A stretch of 46,932 bases of DNA from an uncultured Candidatus Peribacteria bacterium. Its GTDB lineage: Bacteria > Patescibacteriota > Gracilibacteria > BD1-5 > JAGOOR01. Made by a program: the position numbers and the translations under genes. Where the stretch lies: the NCBI GenBank assembly GCA_964603225.1, contig CAZRUI010000001.1:1-46932 (forward strand), given 5' to 3'. This document shows positions 35,693-42,743 of this stretch, piece after piece (within the stretch, counting starts at the first letter, position 1; every line of letters begins with the position of its first letter). Under the pieces are notes generated by a model. It saw nothing but the letters and a program-made list of their open reading frames with translations. It did not search any database and was not told the DNA's origin.

Positions 35693-36838
35693 CTGTACTC
35701 CCTCCAAGATCCGTCTCATCCGCTCCTCCCACGTGTGCTGCCGCACGATCTCCCGAGCGGCATCCGCGCGCTTCTGGGCTTCCTCCGGATGCTGCGCCAC
35801 CCATAGGAGGGAGTCCGCCATGGCAGACGGATCCCCCGGCACGCAGAACACCGCCGTGTCCTCCGAGAGCACGTCGCGCACGGGCGGTAGGTCTGCGGTC
35901 ACAATCGGCCGGCCGGCTGCCATGTACTCAAAGAGCTTCAAGGGGGATGTGTCGCGCTGGTAGAAGGGATGGTCGGATTGCGGCGCTGGGTAAACCAGCA
36001 CGTCGCTGGCCGCGTGCGCCATGCGCACGTCCCGCGGCGGCAGATGCCCAACGAACGTGATGTGCGGCCGCAGGTCCGCCGGCATGGATGCCTGAAACTT
36101 CCGACGCGCCGCATCCGGTCCGCCGGCCAGCAGCGCGTGGAAGCTGATACCCCGTCGCCGCAAGCGCTCCAGCGCTCCGAGAAGCTCCGGGATCCCCTTG
36201 GAGAGCCCAGCGGATTCCAGCTGTCCGGCGTACCCGATGGTCCAGGCAGATCGGGGAATGCCGAACCGCCGGCGTACGGCGTCGCGCTCCGGCAGGGCCT
36301 TGAGCGCGCTCGATCGGACAGCGTCACCCGCCACCACGGTGCGGACGGACGGCTCGCGATTGAGCAGCTCCCGCTCCATGGCGCGTGTGAGGCAGACGAC
36401 AAGCGTGCAGCGACGCAGATCCGTCCGCATGCGGCGCGTGAGACGGGGGATGCGGTGCAGTTCCAGAACAACCGGCATTCCCCTATCCAGCAGGACCGGC
36501 AGCAGCGCCGGCGCCCGCGTGTACGCCAGATCGAACTGCTCGGGCGAAAGACAACTGCGCAGCGCGCGCCGCAGCGACGCGTTCATGAACCACAGCCCCA
36601 GCACCGCGGGCGTGAACGGGCTCTTGATGAAATCGAACGAACCGAGCGCCCGAACCCGCACCGCGCGGTCCGCGCCGTAGTACGTCCAATAGTCCTGCTC
36701 CACCACGTTATGGCGGAACGGGTGGAACACGGTCACGTCATGCCCAAGCTTCACCAGCGCGTCGCACACCTGTGCGATCTGGTGGCCGTGCGCCCGTTCG
36801 GAAGGCAGCCGGACGTTGGTGCAGTAGGCAATGCGCAT
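35690..36838 (-). CDS. Glycosyltransferase family 1 (GT4-type)
   Basis: ATG 36838 (MRIAYCTNV) forms a TGATG overlap with the upstream GT2 stop. Motif DTSPLKLFEYMAAGRPIV. Confidence 0.85.
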   Translation of the reverse strand: MRIAYCTNVRLPSERAHGHQIAQVCDALVKLGHDVTVFHPFRHNVVEQDYWTYYGADRAVRVRALGSFDFIKSPFTPAVLGLWFMNASLRRALRSCLSPEQFDLAYTRAPALLPVLLDRGMPVVLELHRIPRLTRRMRTDLRRCTLVVCLTRAMERELLNREPSVRTVVAGDAVRSSALKALPERDAVRRRFGIPRSAWTIGYAGQLESAGLSKGIPELLGALERLRRRGISFHALLAGGPDAARRKFQASMPADLRPHITFVGHLPPRDVRMAHAASDVLVYPAPQSDHPFYQRDTSPLKLFEYMAAGRPIVTADLPPVRDVLSEDTAVFCVPGDPSAMADSLLWVAQHPEEAQKRADAAREIVRQHTWEERMRRILEGVQ

Positions 36839-37701
36839 CAACCATGGCGCACGTTACGCCGGATGGGTACTGTGAGCCAGATGAGGGTCCAGGCGTACCG
36901 GACCGCGAGCCATTCGTACCGGAACGGCATCAGGTGCCCCTCGCCGGGCAGGAGGCGCAGCTGCGCGGACCGCACCAGGATCGCCGCCATGGTGCGCAGG
37001 TTGCGGTACAGGATCCAGCGCCCCCACGCCGCCCAGCCCCTGTGCGCCGAACGGGCCCGCTCGATGGCTAGGTAACGGCGGTATTTGGGCCACAGCCGAT
37101 CAGCCGGCGGCAGCGGAGTGCGGATCTCCGCGCGGAGAATGCGCGGTTCCACGCCGGGACGCAGCGCCAGCCGCTCATGGACAGTCTTCACGAACCCGTC
37201 GGTGCAGCCGCGGTGGAAGAGGCGGATCTGGTACACCGGGTAACCCGCGCAGCGATCGATCCGCTTCCCATCAACGTAGAAGCGGCGGAACGCCCGGTAG
37301 ACTGCCGACTCGTCGACCCGCACGATGGTGCGCACCTCTTCGCAGAGCGCCGGCTCGATCTCCTCATCCGAATCCACCAACAGCACCCAAGGGAACTGGG
37401 ACTGCGCCAGCGCCGCGTTCCGCACGCCGGAGAAATTGGTGATCCTGCCGTCAGGGTCCAGGAACCGCGGATCCTGGTCGACCACGCGCGCATTGGAGAA
37501 ACGGCCGGCTGTTTCCCGCGTCCCGTCGGTCGATCCGCCATCCGCCACCAGCACTTCAGCAAATTCCTGCAAAGACTCCAGGCAACGCTCCACGCCCGGC
37601 AGGCTGTTGCGGGTGAGGACCAGGACGCTGCAGGGAATGGGATTCGATGACACGAACAACGGGGGTGACGGTGCGCTCGCGAGGAACTGCCGAATTATCA
37701 A
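36838..37701 (-). CDS. GT2 glycosyltransferase
   Basis: 287 aa. Motifs CSVLVLTRNS, LVADGGSTDGT, LLVDSDEE. Start is TTG 37701 (GATAAT 6 nt upstream, inside the TGATAAT array) or GTG 37653. Confidence 0.8.
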   Translation of the reverse strand: MIIRQFLASAPSPPLFVSSNPIPCSVLVLTRNSLPGVERCLESLQEFAEVLVADGGSTDGTRETAGRFSNARVVDQDPRFLDPDGRITNFSGVRNAALAQSQFPWVLLVDSDEEIEPALCEEVRTIVRVDESAVYRAFRRFYVDGKRIDRCAGYPVYQIRLFHRGCTDGFVKTVHERLALRPGVEPRILRAEIRTPLPPADRLWPKYRRYLAIERARSAHRGWAAWGRWILYRNLRTMAAILVRSAQLRLLPGEGHLMPFRYEWLAVRYAWTLIWLTVPIRRNVRHG

Positions 37702-37726
37702 TTATCCATTATCAATTATCAATTCG
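37691..37726. repeat. Direct tandem heptamer array (TCAATTA x about 4.5; TGATAAT on the minus strand)
   Basis: cgaatta tcaatta tccatta tcaatta tcaattcg. No complementary arm seen nearby. Confidence 0.8.
37708..37713 (-). promoter_or_regulatory. -10-like GATAAT (one of the iterated TGATAAT units), 6 nt upstream of TTG 37701
   Basis: Reverse complement of attatc. Further copies of the same box lie upstream in the array. Confidence 0.35.
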
Positions 37727-37729
37727 TGC

Positions 37730-38755
37730 TCAAATTCCAGGGCGAACGTACGTATCCATCTTCATCATCAGCTCCTCCAGACTATGGCGCTCCGCGACCA
37801 CCCGGTACATCTCCTCCTCGCTGAGCGGGAGGCGGTCAAAGTACCGCATGACGAACTCGTGCATGGCTTCCGGCGTGTCATGCGCCGGTGCCGCCGGCAG
37901 TCCGATCGCCTGGGCGTTCCCATGGGTGGTGACCGGATAGCAACCACAGGTCAGGGCTTCCAGCATGGTCTTGTCGATCGTCTCCGAAGCCATGTTCAGG
38001 ATCAGCCAGTGCCGCGCGTAGATTGCGGGTAGCTCGCGTGCCGCGACCGAGCCGCGGAACGTCACGCGGTCGGATAGTTCCAGTCGTTCCACGAGCATCC
38101 TAAGTTCCTTGGCATAATCCGGCTCCGGCTCATTGCCGTAGATGTCCAGCGTGAAGTGTTTGGGAAGAAGACGCATCGCATGCAACGAGAGCTCCACGCG
38201 CTTGCTGCGCGCCAGTCTGTGGACCATGAGCAGCCTATGCGGTTCAGTGCAGCGGTTCTGTCGCTTGGGCCAGTACGTCAGATCGATCCCATGGCCCGTC
38301 ACCACCTTCTTGGGATTCCCCTCATAGCGGGGCAGGCTCTGCGGTGTAGCACAGAAGAGGCGCTTGCCGTACCAGCCGAGCAACCGCAGCCCCAGCTGCA
38401 GCTGGTAGTGCGTGTACCACAGGTACACGGGCGTTCGGCGCAGGATCCACACCGGCATCCCAAAGATCCCCCACACAGGGGTCATGTGGATGAACACCCG
38501 GTCGTACTGGAGCTGCGCGACCAGACCCAGGAACTGCAGGACCTGCCCGAGCTTGCCAACCCCCCGCTCCTTCCCGAGCGAGTGCACCTCCGCCGTGAAT
38601 GGCTCGCCGTGACCGAGCAGGCGGCCCACCTCCTCCACCCGCGCCTCCAGGCAGATCACCTTCACCTCATACCCCAGCTGCTGGAACTGCCGGATCCAGA
38701 GCGCGCCAAAGGCATCCTGCCCGTGGAGCTTCTGCGTGATGAAGAGGAGGGTCAC
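37730..38755 (-). CDS. Glycosyltransferase family 1 (GT4-type)
   Basis: ORF track 37730..38815. Start moved to GTG 38755 (VTLLFITQKL), with TATCCT 6 nt upstream; the 20-codon extension lies in the hairpin repeat. Motif MASETIDKTMLEALTCGCYPV. Confidence 0.8.
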   Translation of the reverse strand: MTLLFITQKLHGQDAFGALWIRQFQQLGYEVKVICLEARVEEVGRLLGHGEPFTAEVHSLGKERGVGKLGQVLQFLGLVAQLQYDRVFIHMTPVWGIFGMPVWILRRTPVYLWYTHYQLQLGLRLLGWYGKRLFCATPQSLPRYEGNPKKVVTGHGIDLTYWPKRQNRCTEPHRLLMVHRLARSKRVELSLHAMRLLPKHFTLDIYGNEPEPDYAKELRMLVERLELSDRVTFRGSVAARELPAIYARHWLILNMASETIDKTMLEALTCGCYPVTTHGNAQAIGLPAAPAHDTPEAMHEFVMRYFDRLPLSEEEMYRVVAERHSLEELMMKMDTYVRPGI

Positions 38756-38761
38756 GGACGA

Positions 38762-38767
38762 AGGATA
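38762..38767 (-). promoter_or_regulatory. -10 box TATCCT, 6 nt upstream of GTG 38755
   Basis: Reverse complement of aggata. Abuts the hairpin arm. Confidence 0.5.
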
Positions 38768-38855
38768 CAGAGGACTCAGAGGATCCAGAAGACTCAGAAG
38801 AACGCTGTGCCACATCCGCTGAGTCCTCTGCGTCTTCTGAGTCCCCTGAGTCTTA
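38768..38855. repeat. Hairpin with arms of tandem 9-mers (CAGAGGACT type)
   Basis: Left arm cagaggact cagaggatc cagaagact cagaag. Right arm ctgagtcct ctgcgtctt ctgagtccc ctgagtctt. About 24/30 complementary by eye; 18-nt loop. Confidence 0.8.
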
Positions 38856-39965
38856 TCGGGCGAAGCCCTTCAGAAACTCCGCATACTGCCTGATCAGTGT
38901 CTTCCGCTCAAACCGCTCCAGGATCTTCCGCGCCGCCTGGCCCAGGCGCTCCTGGACGGCAGTATCCGTAAGCAACCGGCTGATCTGCCGCGACAGGTCA
39001 CGGACCGAGCCGTCTGTGAACACGCCATTCTCCCTGTCACGGATCACCTCCGGCATCGCGCCCACGCGCGTGGCAATGACGGGCAGACCTAAGGCCATCG
39101 CCTCCAGCGCGCTGCGCGGACCGCCCTCGCTCCTGGAGTTCATCACAAAGATCCGCCCGCTCTGCATCGCATGTACCAGCTGCCGCTGATCAGGCAACCA
39201 GCCGGCGAACGCCACGCGGTCGGCCATCCCTCTCGTTTGTACGCGCCTCTGCAGGCGCGTCTTGAGCGGCCCGTCGCCGATCAGGAGCAGGCGCACGCCG
39301 GGGAGCGCGCCCACCGCGTCGATCAGCTCCAAAAGCCCCTTATTGGCCACCAGCCGCGCCGCAGTGACCACGTCGTACGCCTTTGCGACGGCTGCGTCCG
39401 GCTTCAGGGCACCTGCATCCAGGTAGAACGAAGGAACGAGGCGGAGCTTCTCCCCCGGTACGCCCCAGGCAACCAGCAGGTCCATCACCGACCGGCTCAC
39501 CACCCGCACGCCGCAGGCCCGCCGCGCCGCCCAGGGCAGGTAGAGGCGGGACATCAGGCGACCAGCGCGCTCCGCGAGCGACGCCGCCGTGGGCGCACCC
39601 ACCACGTGGTGCACTTCCAGGACGTACGGGATACCGGACACGCGGTGGAGCTTCCTTGCCCCCAGTCCATTGAAGAACGGCGGGTACTCATGGACGGTCA
39701 TCACGTCATGATGATGGTCGGCGATCAGCTGCGCCCCCTTCTCCGTAATCCATCTCTTCTGCCACGCGAGCGGCCATGGGGAGGGGTGGAACCACACATT
39801 CTCAAATTCCGACGTCTGACCACTAACCACTGGCCACTGGCCACTCCTTGGACAGATCACATCCACCCGCTCCCAATGCGTATGGAACTCTTCCAGGGTG
39901 TGCCAGAACGCCCCCCGCTTCCCCGCCAGGATGGAACGGTCGCCGGAGATCATCAAAAGCTTCAC
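38853..39965 (-). CDS. Glycosyltransferase family 1 (GT4-type)
   Basis: ORF track 38853..40025. Start moved to GTG 39965 (VKLLMISGD), with CATAAT 6 nt upstream. Motif NSRSEGGPRSALEAMALGLPVIAT. Contains the in-frame heptamer array at 39816..39845 (SGQWPVVSGQ). Confidence 0.8.
   Translation of the reverse strand: MKLLMISGDRSILAGKRGAFWHTLEEFHTHWERVDVICPRSGQWPVVSGQTSEFENVWFHPSPWPLAWQKRWITEKGAQLIADHHHDVMTVHEYPPFFNGLGARKLHRVSGIPYVLEVHHVVGAPTAASLAERAGRLMSRLYLPWAARRACGVRVVSRSVMDLLVAWGVPGEKLRLVPSFYLDAGALKPDAAVAKAYDVVTAARLVANKGLLELIDAVGALPGVRLLLIGDGPLKTRLQRRVQTRGMADRVAFAGWLPDQRQLVHAMQSGRIFVMNSRSEGGPRSALEAMALGLPVIATRVGAMPEVIRDRENGVFTDGSVRDLSRQISRLLTDTAVQERLGQAARKILERFERKTLIRQYAEFLKGFAR
39816..39845. 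repeat. CCACT-heptamer array embedded in frame in a GT4 CDS
   Basis: ctgaccact aaccact ggccact ggccact. Translated on the minus strand as SGQWPVVSGQ. Confidence 0.75.
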
Positions 39966-39970
39966 AGCTG

Positions 39971-40046
39971 AATTATGAATGAGGAATGATGAATCATGAA
40001 GGCCAGCCGCCGCATACTTCCTCATTCACGATTCCTGATTCTTAGG
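39971..40046. repeat. Hairpin with arms of tandem heptamers (GAATGAG/GAATCAT type)
   Basis: Left arm aattatg aatgagg aatgatg aatcatg aagg. Right arm cttcctcattcacgattcctgattcttagg. The right arm encodes the last codons of 40026..41237; the left arm contains the -10 of 38853..39965. Confidence 0.8.
39972..39977 (-). promoter_or_regulatory. -10 box CATAAT, 6 nt upstream of GTG 39965
   Basis: Reverse complement of attatg. Lies inside the hairpin arm. Confidence 0.5.
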
Positions 40047-41237
40047 AGCGGCAACTCCTTCAGCTAGCCCCTCAAACAGCTCCATCCACTCATCCGCCAC
40101 CTGCTCCCAGCTGCGCGCGGGGAGAGGCGCGGACGCAGCCTCCGCTGCTTCCGCATAGGATTGTTCCAGCTCCAGCACCGCCCGGGCAATGTCCTCCGCC
40201 TCCCGCAGGGGCGCAAGGACCATGCCCGCCGTGAGCTCCGGAGAGAGGCCCGTCTCCTCCGTGAGGAGGACCGGCATGCCCGCCGCGCGCGCCTCCAAGG
40301 CCGCATTGGGGCTGATCTCCGTGAGGGACGGAATGACCAGCGCGTCATGGTCCCGGAATACCGCCGCCTTCTCCGTAGGCCCCCTGGATGCCTGGAAGCT
40401 CACGCGATCGATGATCATGAGCGCTTGCGCCTCCTGCTTGAGCTGTTTCAAGAGCGGCCCCTCTCCCACAACCGACAGCCGCACGTGCGGCAGCCGCGCC
40501 ACGGCCCGGAGCAGGGCGGAGAGGTTCTTGAACCCCACCAGCCGCCCGAACCACAGGAGCCGCACCGGCCGCTCTTTGAGCTCTGCTGCTCGCGCGGCGT
40601 ACGGCACGTCCGCCGGCAAATTGAGGGAGGGGAACGCGTTCTGGATCACCAGATGCCGCCGGATATCCGGGTACGCCAAGCGGTAGAGGTGCTCCTGGAA
40701 CGCCGTGGTGAAGGCGATGGCATGGAACCTGGGGAGGAGCGGCTGGAGGAACACGCGGTTGAGCCGCCGCGTGAGGCGGTAGGCGAGCGCGTCCTGCACC
40801 GTGCCGCTCGCGGAAACCGGCCGCGACCGGTACCACTCCCGGAGCGTCCGCTTGCCACCCATCCCCGTGTACCGCTCCCAGAAGTAATCCCCGCCCACGC
40901 GCAGCACCCGGTACGGCTTCTTCAGTTTGGCCATTCTGAGCGGCATGCCCACGGAGACGGAGGAGAACGCCAGCACCACGTCCGCGTCCGCCGCGTACCG
41001 GCGCAATACCCCCGCGTACCGCCGCCAACGCACCACCGGCCCGCCCGCGCGGGACACCCGCACCACCGGCATGCCGCCGCTCTCATCCCGCGCCACTCCG
41101 CCCTTCACCTCCTTGGCGAACGTGATGACCGTCACATCCTGTCCCCGCCGCAGGAGCTCCTTGCCCAGCGCATCCACGTACGTAGCCGGACCGCCGATCT
41201 CCGGAAGAGCGATGCCGGTAGCGAGGATAATCTTCAT
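40026..41237 (-). CDS. Glycosyltransferase family 1 (GT4-type)
   Basis: 403 aa, starts MKIILATGIALPEIGGPATY. Motif PSLTEISPNAALEARAAGMPVL. ATGA overlap with the upstream four-helix-bundle gene. The last 7 codons are encoded by the hairpin arm. Confidence 0.85.
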   Translation of the reverse strand: MKIILATGIALPEIGGPATYVDALGKELLRRGQDVTVITFAKEVKGGVARDESGGMPVVRVSRAGGPVVRWRRYAGVLRRYAADADVVLAFSSVSVGMPLRMAKLKKPYRVLRVGGDYFWERYTGMGGKRTLREWYRSRPVSASGTVQDALAYRLTRRLNRVFLQPLLPRFHAIAFTTAFQEHLYRLAYPDIRRHLVIQNAFPSLNLPADVPYAARAAELKERPVRLLWFGRLVGFKNLSALLRAVARLPHVRLSVVGEGPLLKQLKQEAQALMIIDRVSFQASRGPTEKAAVFRDHDALVIPSLTEISPNAALEARAAGMPVLLTEETGLSPELTAGMVLAPLREAEDIARAVLELEQSYAEAAEAASAPLPARSWEQVADEWMELFEGLAEGVAAPKNQES

Positions 41238-41623
41238 GAGATGTGGGACTTGAGTGATGAGACTTGAGTGAGAAGCTTGCTGTGAAAACTGTGCAGCATA
41301 CGGCTCAACCCATCAATGGATTCCAGGATGCACGGAGCGCGATCTTCAGTTATTCGACCAAGTTCCCTAGCGATGATCACCTGAGTTTCCAGTTCGGCCA
41401 GAGACCCACGGGCAATAAGGAGAAAATTTGCGAATTCTTTAACCGTACTACGCTGGCTACCTTCAGCGATATTCGATGGCACAGAAACAGCAGCTCGACG
41501 CATCTGGGAAGTTAAGCCATAGAGCTCTGTCTTGGGAAACTCTTCTGTGCACTCATAGATCATCTTCACAATCTCAATGCTTTTCTGCCAAATCTTTAGC
41601 TTTTTATAAGACATGCCAATCAT
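41234..41623 (-). CDS. Four-helix-bundle protein (23S rRNA intervening-sequence protein / Avd-like family)
   Basis: 129 aa. Motifs YKKLKIWQKS, LTSQMRRAAVSVPSNIAEG, FANFLLIARGSLAELETQ. TACTAT sits 6 nt upstream of ATG 41623. About 46% GC by hand count over 41281..41640, against GC-rich neighbours. Confidence 0.85.
   Translation of the reverse strand: MIGMSYKKLKIWQKSIEIVKMIYECTEEFPKTELYGLTSQMRRAAVSVPSNIAEGSQRSTVKEFANFLLIARGSLAELETQVIIARELGRITEDRAPCILESIDGLSRMLHSFHSKLLTQVSSLKSHIS
41238..41275. repeat. Left terminal inverted repeat (ACTTGAG/TGATGAG heptamers) flanking the four-helix-bundle ORF
   Basis: Segment 41247-41275 (gacttgagtgatgagacttgagtgagaag) matches the reverse complement of 41637-41667 at 22/29 positions (hand alignment). 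Confidence 0.75.
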
Positions 41624-41629
41624 ATCGCC

Positions 41630-41635
41630 ATAGTA
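41630..41635 (-). promoter_or_regulatory. -10 box TACTAT, 6 nt upstream of ATG 41623 (four-helix-bundle gene)
   Basis: Reverse complement of atagta. Confidence 0.5.
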
Positions 41636-41636
41636 C

Positions 41637-41667
41637 TACTCATGTCTCAAGTCTCATATCTCAAATC
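41637..41667. repeat. Right terminal inverted repeat flanking the four-helix-bundle ORF
   Basis: Sequence tactcat gtctcaa gtctcat atctcaa atc. Overlaps the rfbB stop codon (41661-41663). Confidence 0.75.
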
Positions 41668-42599
41668 TTCTTCGTATACCAGTCAACCGTCCGCTCGATC
41701 CCCTCCTCAAACGCCACCCTGGGTTCCCAGCCGAGCGAGCGGATGAGGCTTGAATCCACGCGGTAGGCCCAGTCATGACCTGGACGATCCGGGACGAATT
41801 CGATCAGGCTCTCCGGTTTCCCCAGGATCCGGAGTACCGTCCTGGCGACTTCAATATTCTCTCTCTCCTGGTCGGGACCGATCAGGTACACCCAGCCGTC
41901 TTCGCCTTTCTCCCGCACCAGCTCCACCGCGTCGGTGTGGTCCGTCACGTACAGCCAATCCCGCTTCTGTTTGCCCTGCCCGTAGAGGGGAATATTCCCG
42001 TTTGCGAGCGCGTTCCGGATGATCACCGGGATGAGCTTGGTCTTGTCCTGGTGCGGACCGTAGTTGTTGGTACAGCGGGTGATGCGGATTTTGAGGTCAT
42101 ACGTGCGGCGCGCGGCCAGGAGCATCAGATCGCCCGCCGCCTTGGTGGCCGCATAGGGATTGGACGGCCGCAGGGGTGACTCCAGGTTGAACGCCGGCTC
42201 GTCATCCTGCACGTCGCCGTAGACCTCGTCGGTGGAGACGTGGACGAGCAGGATTGCCGGGTGGGCTTTGAGGATCTCCATGAGGCTCTGCACGCCCACG
42301 ATGTTCGCATGGAGGAACGGCAGCGCGTTCTCAATCGACCGGTCCACGTGCGTCTCCGCGGCAAAATTCACGATCTGCTCAATGCCGTACCGCGTGACCA
42401 GCTGCTCCAGGAGCTCCACATCCGCAATGTCCCCCTGGATGAACCGGATCCGGTTAATGACGGAGTCCAGAAGACTCTTGTCCGCCGCGTAGTTCAGGCT
42501 GTCCAAAACGATGACCGTGTCGTCCGGATACCGGTCGATATGCCGCAGGACGTAGTGGGAACCGATGAAGCCCGCTCCTCCGGTTACTAAGATGGTCAT
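41661..42599 (-). CDS. rfbB: dTDP-glucose 4,6-dehydratase
   Basis: ORF track 41661..43124. Start moved to ATG 42599 (MTILVTGGAGFIGSH), with TATCCT 6 nt upstream. Motifs YAATKAAGD (YxxxK) and CTNNYGPHQ. Confidence 0.92.
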   Translation of the reverse strand: MTILVTGGAGFIGSHYVLRHIDRYPDDTVIVLDSLNYAADKSLLDSVINRIRFIQGDIADVELLEQLVTRYGIEQIVNFAAETHVDRSIENALPFLHANIVGVQSLMEILKAHPAILLVHVSTDEVYGDVQDDEPAFNLESPLRPSNPYAATKAAGDLMLLAARRTYDLKIRITRCTNNYGPHQDKTKLIPVIIRNALANGNIPLYGQGKQKRDWLYVTDHTDAVELVREKGEDGWVYLIGPDQERENIEVARTVLRILGKPESLIEFVPDRPGHDWAYRVDSSLIRSLGWEPRVAFEEGIERTVDWYTKKI

Positions 42600-42605
42600 A
42601 TGCTC

Positions 42606-42611
42606 AGGATA
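42606..42611 (-). promoter_or_regulatory. -10 box TATCCT, 6 nt upstream of ATG 42599 (rfbB)
   Basis: Reverse complement of aggata. Confidence 0.55.
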
Positions 42612-42617
42612 CAACGG

Positions 42618-42705
42618 CGATTGAATGTGGAATATCGAATGTCGAATTTCGAGTAAGAATGGTTGGCTGATCGATATTCCATATTCGACATTCGGTATTC
42701 GAACC
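42618..42705. repeat. Hairpin with arms of tandem heptamers (TCGAATG/GGAATAT type)
   Basis: Left arm cgattgaatgtggaatatcgaatgtcgaatttcga. Right arm gatcgatattccatattcgacattcggtattcgaacc. About 23/33 complementary. Lies between the divergent rfbB and rfbA -10 boxes. Confidence 0.8.
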
Positions 42706-42729
42706 ATGTTTTCCCACTTCAAATTCCCG

Positions 42730-42735
42730 TACAAT
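42730..42735 (+). promoter_or_regulatory. -10 box TACAAT, 8 nt upstream of ATG 42744 (rfbA)
   Basis: Read directly from the sequence. Confidence 0.55.
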
Positions 42736-42743
42736 ACCTCCCT

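Noticed and set aside
41234-41623. Four-helix-bundle (Avd-like) gene as a marker of a diversity-generating retroelement
   Set aside because: There is no reverse transcriptase ORF anywhere in the window, and no 100-150 nt template/variable repeat pair with adenine-specific differences. It is treated as an orphan IVS-protein-type gene.
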